Below, piece by piece: positions 34,968 through 45,967 of a DNA stretch of 48,917 bases. The notes under the pieces were generated by a model that did no database searches, was not told where the DNA came from, and saw only the letters and a list, made by a program, of their open reading frames with translations. Within the stretch, counting starts at the first letter, position 1, and each line of letters starts with the position of its first letter. A program made the translations under genes and the position numbers. The stretch lies in assembly GCA_002269645.1 (NCBI GenBank), contig NIVC01001140.1:1-48917 (forward strand), in the 5' to 3' direction. Origin of the DNA: Macrostomum lignano (taxonomy: Eukaryota).

Positions 34968-37900
34968 ATGCCGTTCATCGCGCCGGCAACAAAAGTGCAG
35001 GCGAACGTGACGGAGAACACGGAGAGCCGGGAGGAGAAGGTGCGGAATGACAAGCGGAAGCTGGCCACCAGCGCGGCGGGGGTCGCCATCAACGGCATCG
35101 TGGCGCTGGCGGCTGACATCATCTTCATTAGCTACAGCTGCACCGCGGCTCGGGGTACGGCGTTTGAGGGCTTTTGTGCACCCAGAGTCCAATTAGGAGT
35201 CCAATCTGCTCCCAGCACCCCCTGGCCCGCCTTCTATCAGGTGCTCAGAGACTCGCAGACTTCATTTTCCATCTCTTGAGCGCCCTTTGTGGGATGCACT
35301 TTGAAGCCCCGCCTTTGCCCTGCAGCTTGCTGGCCTGTTCAGATTTTCAATTTCCGCCATTGCCTCCACCATTTCATTAACCTGACTGGGGGATTGAGCT
35401 GGCTCTCAGTGCATCATCATGCCAGATGAGCTGGCTCTCAGTCAGTGCATCATCATGCCAGATGAGCTGGCTCTCAGTCAGTGCATCATCATGCCAGGTG
35501 AGCTGGCTCTCAGTCAGTGCATCATCATGCCAGGTGAGCTGGCTCTCAGTCAGTGCATCATCATGCCAGGTGAGCTGGCTCTCAGTCAGTGCATCATCAT
35601 GCCAGATGAGCTGGCTCTCAGTCAGTGCATCATCATGCCAGGTGAGCTGGCTCTCAATCAGTGCATCATCATGCCAGGTGAGCTGGCTCTCAGTGCATCA
35701 TCATGCCAGGTGAGCTGGCTCTCAGTGCATCATCATGCCAGATGAGCTGGCTCTCAGTCAGTGCATCATCATGCCAGGTGAGCTGGCTCTCAGTCAGTGC
35801 ATCATCATGCCAGGTGAGCTGGCTCTCAGTCAGTGCATCATCATGCCAGGTGAGCTGGCTCTCAGTCAGTGCATCATCATGCCAGGTGAGCTGGCTCTCA
35901 ATCAGTGCATCATCATGCCAGGTGAGCTGGCTCTCAGTCAGTGCATCATCATGCCAGGTGAGCTGGCTCTCAGTGCATCATCATGCCAGGTGAGCCGACT
36001 CAAAAGTGTCAAGGAGCCAAAATATCCATCAGCAGCAACTGCCCAGATCTCGCAGGTCTCGAATGACAGGAGCTTTCAAGGCCCTTCACCAAAACCAACT
36101 GAAAAACGAGCGGCTGCCTTGTTGCCGCAGTCAGCTCTGCCTGAGCTGCCAATCAAAATGTGGGCAGGTTGCAAAATCTGCGAGCTGACAGCTTTCATAC
36201 CCCCGATTTGCAGCTGCAGTTGTTCACTTTGCAAACAATGCGCCGGGAATAATTGGAAGCTTACCGCTTGCATTGGGGGGGGGGGCGCTGGCTCTGGCCT
36301 GGCACTGGCAAACAGTGAAGAACAGAGGAAACAGCCGAAGCTGCGCGAAAACATTTTGTTCGCATCCGGAACTCTGGGAGCCCGTGGGCTAGCTGTTTGC
36401 TCGCGGATAGTCCCTGGCTCCCGGCTCCTCCCGAGCTGGCTGAGACACTGCAAGCTGGCTGAGGCACTGCAAGCTGGCTGAGACACTGCAAGCTGGCTGA
36501 GGCACTGCAAGCTGGCTGAGACACTGCAAGCTTGCTGAGACACTGCAAGCTGGCTGAGACACTGCAAGCTGGCTGAGGCACTGCAAGCTGGCTGAGACAC
36601 TGCAAGCTGGCTGAGGCACTGCAAGCTGGCTGAGACACTGCAAGCTTGCTGAGACACTGCAAGCTGGCTGAGACACTGCAAGCTGGCTGAGGCACTGCAA
36701 GCTGGCTGAGACACTGCAAGCTGGCTGAGGCACTGCAAGCTGGCTGAGACACTGCAAGCTTGCTGAGACACTGCAAGCTGGCTGAGACACTGCAAGCTGG
36801 CTGAGGCACTGCAAGCTGGCTGAGACACTGCAAGCTGGCTGAGACACTGCAAGCTGGCTGAGGCACTGCAAGCTGGCTGAGACACTGCAAGCTTGCTGAG
36901 ACACTGCAAGCTGGCTGAGACACTCGCCCATCTCTCTAAGCTTCTGATCCCAAATTCGCCGCTCGTAATTCCCCCAGAGAAAATTCCTCTCGAATACTAT
37001 CTGAGAAAGTTTCATTCGCATCTTGAATGCTTGCACCTTCAGTAACTGTTAAGCTCTCCCGAGAGAAGTTTGTCTCCGGCCGTTTCTCCTGATCCGAACC
37101 TGCGGCTGAAAGCCGAGTGGGTGCGGGCTGGCCCTACCCTCTTCTGGCTCCCCCAATGCAGCTTCAACCCGCAGTGCTTGGCAACTCCTCTCCCTCCGAT
37201 CCGCCCCACTGTATTGCCAAAGCTCCCTTCGCCACTTCTTTTCCCTGTCTTCATCCCACAGCAGCCGCAGATAACGGCCCGGGCTCCCCTGCGCGTCCCT
37301 GAGAGAGCGTTTCCCTCGCCCCATCATCGCTGTTCCCCGTCGCGTGCAGTTTCGAGTTGCAGTTGCAAATTTGATACTCAGACATTGGCCCAGATTATTC
37401 CCTACCCTACTCTAAACCCAAACCCTAGCAGACACAGAAGCCAGCTTTTCTGCCAAAAGTCCCTGGCAGCAGAGAGGACAAGTCTTGAAGTTTGGCCCAG
37501 CAGCTGGCATTGGCTGCACTCTGTATGGCACCTTAGACTTCACAGCATGCAGCTCTGGCTTGCGACTGCCGAATCGCTATCTCTGACCTCGCGAGTTCTT
37601 TAAGGGGATCAACTGAAGGCAGCGCAGCCCCAGTGGCGCAGATTCCGGCTGCACTCTCCGCCAGAACCCAAATGCACTGGCTGAGCCCGCCGCTCCCACC
37701 CGCTCCTCTGCCCTACCTGTCTTCTCGCTCCTCAATCACGTTGCCATGGCAACAGACTGCTGAGAAGCTTGTTGGCTTGCGCAAAGTGAGGTACTCTGCG
37801 GATCCGGGAAGAAGGGAAAGGCAGCAGAGCAGGCCGCCTCCAAAAAAGCCTCCAGTTTTATTCGCCCAACCCCGGGGCTGCCGGCCTCTCCTCCCGACCG

Positions 37901-40480
37901 AGCCGAGCCCGCCCACTCCAGCCAGCCCCGAGGCTCGGAAGCTGGGATCTCTCCGCGTTCCCCCAGATCCCGGGAATAATTTCGACGTTTTTGTCAGCGG
38001 GAGCGGCCCGGCCACTTCCGATCCCAGCTCCGCTCCTTCCTGCGCGGCCGCCCCGCTGTGTTTTTCCTCTCGCATCTCATTTGATTTTCGTCCCGCTCTC
38101 CACGCCTTCCCCGATTTCAGCCTTTGCTCTGCTAAGCGGGGAGCCCTCAAATATTTGAGCAGTCCTTAGAGAAAAAGAGTGCGCGGCTTTCCCGACTGGC
38201 GGTCACGCGACCTCGGGGATCAGCCGTCTGTTTTTAGTCGCCGTTGCCGCGACGGGATCTGCTCAGCAATCTCAACGATCTAAAAATCTGGGGAATTGGA
38301 AAGCGAGCTCAGACCTGCCAAGGCCCAGGAAGCACAGGAAGCATCCGCTCGAAATCACGCTTGACATTTTTTCACTCTGCCAGCGTTAAGCACCCTGGGA
38401 TTAGCAAAAGTGAGATAATTGCCAGCAGCTCAATCCTGTGTCACCTGTTCCTCAGAGGAGTTGTGCTCACTAAACGAGCTCAATCCTGTGTCACCTGTTC
38501 CTCAGAGGAGTTGTGCTCACTAAACGAGCTCAATCCTGTGTCACCTGTTCCTCAGAGGAGTTGCGCTCACTAAACGAGCTCGATCCTGTGTCACCTGTTC
38601 CTCAGAGGAATTTTGCTCACTAAACGAGCTCACAGCTGACGGGAGCCGATAGTCAGGCTTAGAAAGCGAGTGTCAGACACGGATTCTCTTTTTTTGCCAT
38701 TTGCCAATGGAAAAGGGCAAACTGTTGTCCCCATTGACTGCTGCGGGCAGCCGGGCCAGCCCAGAGCCCTTTGAGCTCTCTTTGTTTCACGCTCAAATCT
38801 GCTCCCATAATCCAGGGGTCATCCACCCCTCCCTATCGACTGAGGAAGTCAGATCGATGCGTGAGTCGGCCGGGAAACTTTTTCACGCCAGCTTCTCCTG
38901 TCTCCATGGCAACCGATATGCCGGCCCGCCCCGGCAGCCGAGGCCATTTTTTCTCAGTTGGAGAATCGTATGAGCAAAAAATTATCCGATGATGAGCTCA
39001 GCAGACTCCCACTGCTGCCTTCTTTGCCTGCTCTGCGCAAAAGTACGATAAACAGTCACTGAAAAACGAAGCTGCCCAGACCATTGTGCTGCAGTTGATG
39101 CGGAGCACAGTGGCAATTGGCATTGACTAGCGGGCTGCGGGGACGCTGCGACTCTGGCCAGCAATTTCAGCTGCAATTAGGAGTGCAAATCCTGAGCCAA
39201 GGCGGTGCGGCTGCAGCTCAGGCTCTGCTCAGCCCTGGATTCGATCTACATGCTCAACCATGCTATTATTGATGAAGCATGACATTAATTTCGCCAACTT
39301 GTTGGCGAGCCTGAAAGCAGAATACGCTTCTACTGCAAAACTGCATTGGGTGTTGCTGCACTGGCGTGATGGCAGTGATTGGGAACCAACTTCTTTCGGC
39401 AGAGTTACCTTCTGGTTTTGTTTATAAATTGCCCGTAAGCGTGCCCCTTCACGGGGTGACGTTTACGGTTGTTAATGACCGGTCGGGCACCGCTCCTTTG
39501 CGCTCTCCCCTGCTCTGGCCGCTTTGTGCTCCGTGCGTACTCTCTCTCCCCCATCGCACCCCCTCCCCCTCCGTCTCTCTGCCCCGTCGCACCCCCTCCC
39601 CCTCCATCCCTCTGCCCGCGCGCACCCCCTCCCCCTCCGTCTCTCTGCCCCGCGCGCACCCACCCCCGCTCTGGTTTTAAAGACTGCTCGCGTGTTTTGG
39701 CTCGCTTGTCTGTTTGCGCGAGTCAATTTTTCTTTTTATCTTCTTTTATCTTGATTACAAGTTGCTCCACCTGTCTATAAGGCTATTGCCGATCGCTTGT
39801 TTGACTCGAAATAAATCGTTTTATTGTCCCACGTCTATGGGGCTCTTTTGCGCGTCTGCGTGCCTCGTTCTCCCAAGTTCGGCCTCTCTGCCTTCGTGCT
39901 CCGACCGTGGGATTAACAAACTTCTTTCGACACTAATGAATGGGCAAATACCTACATAAGTACTTTGGAACTCTGACGGGAATCCCTCCCAAGAATCCTC
40001 GCGAGCCCTCGGGATTTGCCACGAGCCCTGCGTAATGCCAACGAGCACCGAAGAATCCGTAAAAGCACTCGGCACTCCCCCAGCACTCCGGAACCTCCCC
40101 GCACACTAGCGGTCTCCCTGAGCGCCAGGACGCGGCACTCTCATCTCCCTCCCTCCCAAACCTCCGCAGGCATCGGCATCGGCATCGCCGTCGGCTCCTT
40201 CGCAGCAGCTTTGCTCAGCGTAACCCTTGGCTGCTGCGGCACCCGCCTGTTCCTGAACCCCTGCTTGATCATCACCAACTGCAGTCTCCACTGCCTCATC
40301 CTGGCGCTCAACGTGGCATTCGTGACCTGCTCGTTCCTCACGCGACTCAGCTCGGAACCGCACTGCACCGCCATGACCATCGGCATCACCGGCATCACCC
40401 TGCTCATGTACCTGCCCTGCTGCATCGCCGCTGCCGCCATCCTCCTGCACTGGCACCGCGACAGGGGCGCCCTCACCTGA
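34968..40480 (+). CDS. Putative four-transmembrane protein (MS4A/CD20-like topology), two exons, ~165 aa
   Basis: Exon 34968-35154 (phase-1 donor G|GTACGG) joins exon 40170-40480 (cctccgcag acceptor, phase 1), 498 nt in frame. Four hydrophobic stretches: LATSAAGVAINGIVALAADIIFI, IGIGIAVGSFAAALLSVTLG, CLIITNCSLHCLILALNVAFV, MTIGITGITLLMYLPCCIAAAAILL. The family assignment rests on topology only. Confidence 0.55.
35395..35995. repeat. 36 bp tandem repeat (gagctggctctcagtcagtgcatcatcatgccaggt)
   Basis: Direct inspection. Confidence 0.95.
36432..36922. repeat. 19 bp tandem repeat (gctggctgagacactgcaa)
   Basis: About 26 copies. Confidence 0.95.
37740..37753. promoter_or_regulatory. RFX X-box, perfect palindrome GTTGCCATGGCAAC
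   Basis: Exact 14-bp match to the RFX consensus GTNRCC-N0-3-RGYAAC. Confidence 0.65.
38425..38632. repeat. 50 bp tandem repeat
   Basis: About 4 copies of gagctcaatcctgtgtcacctgttcctcagaggagttgtgctcactaaac. Confidence 0.92.
38900..38913. promoter_or_regulatory. RFX X-box GTCTCCATGGCAAC
   Basis: Canonical ciliary X-box form, 1.16 kb from the perfect X-box. Confidence 0.55.
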
Positions 40481-41721
40481 CCTTGTGCGACTCCCGAGTT
40501 GCAGCCTGACCCCCGCTGGCTGAGGACCGCCGGTTGGAGTGGGACAGTGTGGATTTCTATATTGAAGACCGAATCCGAAATTTATTAGCGAGATAGAAAT
40601 TTCATGATCTGGTCATGCGGGACAAGATTTGTGTTTGATTGGAGGCTTGAAGAAATTCCATTGGAGACTCAACTTGATAGGCTTTATAGCAAGCATTGCA
40701 TCAAAGGCTTTTCACCATAGACCGTCAGAAAATCCAGTTCAGAAAAATGGCAGGCAAAATGAAAGTTAAAATTTCTACTGAAGTGTGCTTGAAATTGGCT
40801 TGCCTTTCAGTCTCCAGCTTAAGTAAGGTTATGCTTTAAAATAATTGACTTGTCGAACCACCCCGGTTGAACCCGCACTGGCTTCATAATTGTTGTCGGG
40901 AACTCCAACCTTTGCTTCGAATCCGTCCTGTATATTGAAGGCCCTCGTAATTTGGTTCTCAAATTTTCTCATTTTGTTCCCCCATCAGCCCGCTGCATGA
41001 GCTGGTCTGCTTATGGCAGAAACTGGCAAGACTCACTCTTGTGTAAAGTGCGAATCCAGACTGAAAATGAAGAAAACAAGCACTGCAAATAAACCAGCAG
41101 TTATGCCTCGTACGAGGCACTCTTTTAAGTTGCGAATATGAACGCATTTGGCAGGAAACTTTGATTTGCTCTGGGACGCACTGTCAGAACGGTGAGCAAT
41201 CAGTGAATTCTGTATTATTGAGAGCAGCAAACCACACTGTCACAGAGTTTCTACAATACTCCTCACGATAGGTTCAAAATATGCTGCAATTCTACCTGTA
41301 AATTTATCCGAAACTGTAAATTACTTCTTTAAACATTGAGGAGGCAGAGGTGGCTACTATAAAAGTACATAGCGTAGAACAGAACAGAGCAGCTGCCCTA
41401 ACTAGCAGCTCGTATTTAGCGGGACATTTTTTCCGCGCCAGAATTTGAGTCAGAATTGAGTCAGAATAGGCAGCAAAAAACTATGCTGTAAAATGTATAT
41501 TGAAAACTGTAGCTCGCCATGATGCAGAAACTACTTTGAATATACATGTAACGCACATATTCACCTGTAGGAAACAAACAAAAATTAAAACGCCTTTTGT
41601 TTTTCCCGCTGTCTATGCAAATGAAAACCCAGTTCCGTCAAAACGATTCACATATTTAGTTGAAATAAATATTCATCATTGCTCCAGAGAGTGCTCGAGC
41701 CTCTCTCACTGCTCCAGCCGC

Positions 41722-43926
41722 TCACCAGGGCTCTGGCATCAGCTCCAGATCATCGCCAAACGGGATGGGTGAAGGTGACAACGATGCGAGCGGTGATGCG
41801 GTGGTTGGCGGCAGTGCCAATGTCTGCAGCGCTGTCGAATTCGGCGGGGCCGGATCAGCGTCCACGCTGTCCGTACCGACCCCATTGAGGTCGTCCGCGC
41901 AGCGTCCGAGAAGGCCGGCTATCCGAGCGAAGAGGCTGCCGTCATCTCCAGTGGCAGGCCGGAGTCGACAGTCGCGGCGCCGCTGATGGTCGTGCACAAG
42001 CAGTTCGGTAGGAGTGCCTGTCTTGTCGGCGTTTTCAGGCTCTGTAACCTCCACGTGTAGTTGCGGCTGCTGGATGGCCATCACCGGGAGGAAGTCCCGT
42101 CTGTGCTTGTACAGGGCGAGCTGGCGACCTTCCGGGTCCACGCGACACCACAAGCTGACCCAGCGGCCGGAGAACCAGGCCGTCACGTGACCCTTGAGGC
42201 TCTCCTGGTTCTCGTCAAGCGCGCGCACGCTGCGAAATCGAGCTAGCAGCTGGCGGTGTCGATCGGAGGTGAGCTCCGTGGGCTCCGCACCCGCTGCTAT
42301 GCGGCAAAAGAAGCAGCAACGCAGCGATTTGTCGCCTCCCCAGCTGGTGTGTGCCTGGTAGCTGGTGCAGTCCGAGCAGAAGGCGCCCCCACACACTCGG
42401 CAGGAGAGGCGGCGCCGCTGCAGCAGGCGATAAGTGGCTCCACAGCCCTGACAGCGTGACGCTTTGTCAAGAGGCGTCATCACTGGCCGCCCAGTGCGCC
42501 CAGCAGCCCGTTCCCATGGCAACAATTGATCATCACCTTCAGTCGGAGAGTCAAAGAACGGCACACCAAGTCTGCGCAGCTCCATGGCCCAGTCGCGGCA
42601 CTCGCGGATACCGTCGCTACCGCTGTCGCTGCTGTCCCCGCAGGCTTCCTCTTCGGCTCCTCTGCGGCTGCCGAATTCGAGTTGCAGCCGGGCATCGCTG
42701 TCAGTGTCCATGCGCAGCAAGCAGCCCTCGCAGCCGAGTACACGGAGGTCGCCAGGAACCGGCAAAGCCCGCTTGGCAGTCCAGGTCTCCTGGCGGAAGC
42801 GGCTTGGCGCGCAGATGAGCAGAGTGCGCCTCGACAGCAGGAGATAGCGCGGCTTCTCCTCCTGCCAGGCGCGGCCGTGGCGGAGACAGCAGTGCGCGAA
42901 CTCCTCCCAGTGAGGTGCCAGCGTGGCTGGGAAAGCCACGGAGCGAAGGAGCTGCAGCCTCTCCTGAAAGGCGGAGAAATCGCGTAGGCTTTTCTCTAGC
43001 TCACTAAGCGACTCCAGAACGGTGTTTTTGGCGCGATGCGCGCTGGCAAAATCCACGTGGCCGGATCCAATTTCTTCGAGGTAGCGATCCAGCAGCATGG
43101 GGTAGCGCATTGGCCGCTGCACTGGCTCCAGCAGCAGAGCCCGCAGGTCAAGTTGCGCTTCCACCTGATCTGTGCATTGCTGCCGCAGCTGGGCGAACTC
43201 TCGCCTAAAGGCTTCATCGGTCATCCAGCCACGGACAGTTGCAGTTGTCTGCGGAAATGTCGAATAGTAAGTACTGTAGCTCTTGAGCTGATGACCATAC
43301 TGGCACATGAGCTGTCCGAGTTGCTGCTCGCTTTCCAGTAGGTCTGACAGCAGCTGCTCATGCAGCAGCCGCATGCTCTGGAAGTGTCCAAAGACGCGCT
43401 TTAGCTCATCCTGGCTGCAGCAGGTCAGCCGCCGTTCCTGCACTGCACTCTGCAGTCCGAGATAGTACACGTCGAACACCAGGCCAAGCCGGCGCACGTA
43501 GGTTCGCTCCGTGGCCACGAACTCCTCAAGAGCACTGGCGTAGCTCGAGCTGGACGCTTCCGCAACAGCTTCGTTTGACGCGTCTGACTTTCGCTGAACG
43601 TCCTCGCCGAGTGGAGGAACATCATTGATACGAAGAGCGTCATCATTATCTGAATCATCAGATCCCGGCACCTCCTCGGATAGGTGGCAGCTGCCCGCGG
43701 CAGGGACCGGAGCGCTGTTCGCGAGAGGCACAGCTGCAGTGCCGTCGCAGCTGCAGCTCAGCCGGAGTCGCAGTTGACCGGAAGAGCCGCGGCTTAGCTG
43801 AGCCAAAACAACTGGTCCGAGCTGCTGCTGCTTCTGCTCCTCCTGCTTCTGTCGCCTTGGATCTTCTGGGCCAATTATTTGCAACGAATCCTCACAGCCA
43901 TGGTCCCAAGTGATGACCAGTCGAGA
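41722..43926 (-). CDS. FGD-like RhoGEF (DH-PH-FYVE-PH), one large exon; start unresolved
   Basis: DH: EEFVATERTYVRRL, LLLEPVQRPMRYPMLLDRYL. FYVE-type Cys pattern CQGC..SCRVCGGAFCSDC..RCCFFC, followed by a second PH-like region. The frame is open up to an acceptor ttccgacag at 43927. The ORF-track start is TTG, not ATG. Confidence 0.85.
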   Translation of the reverse strand, partial: SRLVITWDHGCEDSLQIIGPEDPRRQKQEEQKQQQLGPVVLAQLSRGSSGQLRLRLSCSCDGTAAVPLANSAPVPAAGSCHLSEEVPGSDDSDNDDALRINDVPPLGEDVQRKSDASNEAVAEASSSSYASALEEFVATERTYVRRLGLVFDVYYLGLQSAVQERRLTCCSQDELKRVFGHFQSMRLLHEQLLSDLLESEQQLGQLMCQYGHQLKSYSTYYSTFPQTTATVRGWMTDEAFRREFAQLRQQCTDQVEAQLDLRALLLEPVQRPMRYPMLLDRYLEEIGSGHVDFASAHRAKNTVLESLSELEKSLRDFSAFQERLQLLRSVAFPATLAPHWEEFAHCCLRHGRAWQEEKPRYLLLSRRTLLICAPSRFRQETWTAKRALPVPGDLRVLGCEGCLLRMDTDSDARLQLEFGSRRGAEEEACGDSSDSGSDGIRECRDWAMELRRLGVPFFDSPTEGDDQLLPWERAAGRTGRPVMTPLDKASRCQGCGATYRLLQRRRLSCRVCGGAFCSDCTSYQAHTSWGGDKSLRCCFFCRIAAGAEPTELTSDRHRQLLARFRSVRALDENQESLKGHVTAWFSGRWVSLWCRVDPEGRQLALYKHRRDFLPVMAIQQPQLHVEVTEPENADKTGTPTELLVHDHQRRRDCRLRPATGDDGSLFARIAGLLGRCADDLNGVGTDSVDADPAPPNSTALQTLALPPTTASPLASLSPSPIPFGDDLELMPEPW

Positions 43927-45129
43927 CTGTCGGAATCATGAGAGCAGAATTTACTTTGATGAGAGACGAGATTAGGGTCATAATGGGTCATATCATATGC
44001 GTCTGGAATTTATAGTCTCACAGCATGCGTACATGCCTGTCACTTCCTTTGTCCTCCTGAACTATATTATTCTTTTCTCTTCGCCCTCTCCTCTCCATTA
44101 TCCTCAATCTTCTCTCCTGTTCCCTCCCATAGAAAGAAAGTCTAAAGTCTAATTTAAGGAGAGTCAATTTTTTGGCCCAAAGATAAAAAGGTTGCAGACC
44201 CTTACGGTTAGAGTGACGAAGATTCAGTACCGATTAGAATTTGCCCTTCTTCAAAACTTGGTGCTTCAAAAGCAACGCAGAAATCTGCTCCCTGTGCTCC
44301 CTGCTCTGAACCGCGAGTCATTGTCAAGTTAGGCTCACCGGGTCGGCGATTTCCAAGCTAAAATTCAAGCCGGTGAAGTTTTGCCGATTTCCGTTCGCCA
44401 TCAGTTCGCTGCTATTCACAGCAAAGATTCGAGCACAGTGCAAGGCGATGGAGAAGCTATTTTAAGCACTATGGTACTAAAACTCGAGTAGTGATGCCAT
44501 CAGTCTTATAGAGCTTGAAGCTGCGTCTCCTTTTAATACCTTGCTAGCAAAGAGGCGTCATTTTTACCTTTGAAGCGGGCTGCACAATGTACTTGCGGGG
44601 CACAGTTGCAGCGAACGAGCTGTACAGACAACGGTCGAGCTTGAGAGGGCAGAAACAGCCGTTTCTATTGTCTTCGAATCTCTGCACAGTAGGAAAGCAG
44701 CCGGACCACCCCGCTCACTTCCAGCTTATGCACGCGCACTCGTACCATCCATTCGCTGCATGAAATGCTGCGGACCGACGTAACCAAATTAGACACTATT
44801 TTTATTCATTAAAGCAGATATGCGAGCTTGATAAGTCGCAGCAATTCTTCAGCCAAAGTCGACCATTTCTCCCATGCCAATGTGGATGCTGAAAATACAA
44901 TGTTTCCAGTCCCAGAGAAAGTCTTTGTTTCTTTCGTATCAAGCAGCAGACATACATTCTTTGTGTTTGGGGCATGGTTGCAGACAGTTGGGTCTGGGTC
45001 TCTATTGGTGCACAGAAACCCCAGCACTGACCGCTAATAAAGCATTTTGCGCCCAGTTTAAGTTTATGGCCAATTTCATTTGATCCTTGACCTTGATCTT
45101 TCACTTGACTAGTGGCCGATGCAGAAGCA

Positions 45130-45190
45130 GTCGACGCAGGGACTACTTAAACTCCACTGGCACAGTAGTTTAAGTAGTCCCTGAGTCGAC
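45130..45190. repeat. 24-bp inverted repeat (one mismatch) with 13-nt loop, related to the short hairpin element
   Basis: gtcgacgcagggactacttaaact / agtttaagtagtccctgagtcgac; shares the ttaagtagtcc core. Confidence 0.75.
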
Positions 45191-45967
45191 GAAGAACAGT
45201 CTGTGCCATTCGCATTGAATAAACGCGACACATCACAAAAAGATTTTGCTTCTAGGACAGCAATGACTTGAGTTGATCTTCGACGGCAACCAGCATCGAT
45301 ACAGACTCTGCATCCAAGCAGAATATTTTGTTATCTTTCTCTGCAGAGAGTTGGTCATTTTCGTCAAAATTAATTTCTTCCTTCTCTATGCTGTTCACTA
45401 CAATAAAAGTTTCAATGCGTATATTACCTCTTCACGCCATTTTGTTTAACAAAACCGAGATTAATTGACAAACTTTACTTGCATAATACACAAGATAAGA
45501 CGATTGGTGCGTCAATGCGTCGAAACCACATGTCGTTGAAATGATCTGAGCGAACAGACTCGCTTGGACTGCATGCAGTGTTGGAATGGCGTGTGCCGAA
45601 CTGTATATTAGCTCAGTTGGACCATGCTCGTATAACTGCAAGCAAACTGCAAAATTAGTCATTGCTGTGGTAAACAGGGATTGAGAAATCGGCCCTAAGA
45701 TGCGTCATGCTGTGGGCTGCGCAAACAGCCGTTAATTCGTTCTGCTTTAAACGGTAGTCGATCCTAAGGAAGACGAGGGGTTGCTTTTGTCTTAGTATTT
45801 TAAGAGCAAAAATACACGCAAACCGCCAAGTCCCATTAGAGTGCCCCACTTCTGATTTTAAGTCCTTGGTCCGCGTGGGAGGGCGCGGGATGCCTCCAGG
45901 ATAAATACAGCAGCAACCACAAGGCTGTGCGACCACAAGGACCTGCTTCAATAGCAACCTGTTTGCA

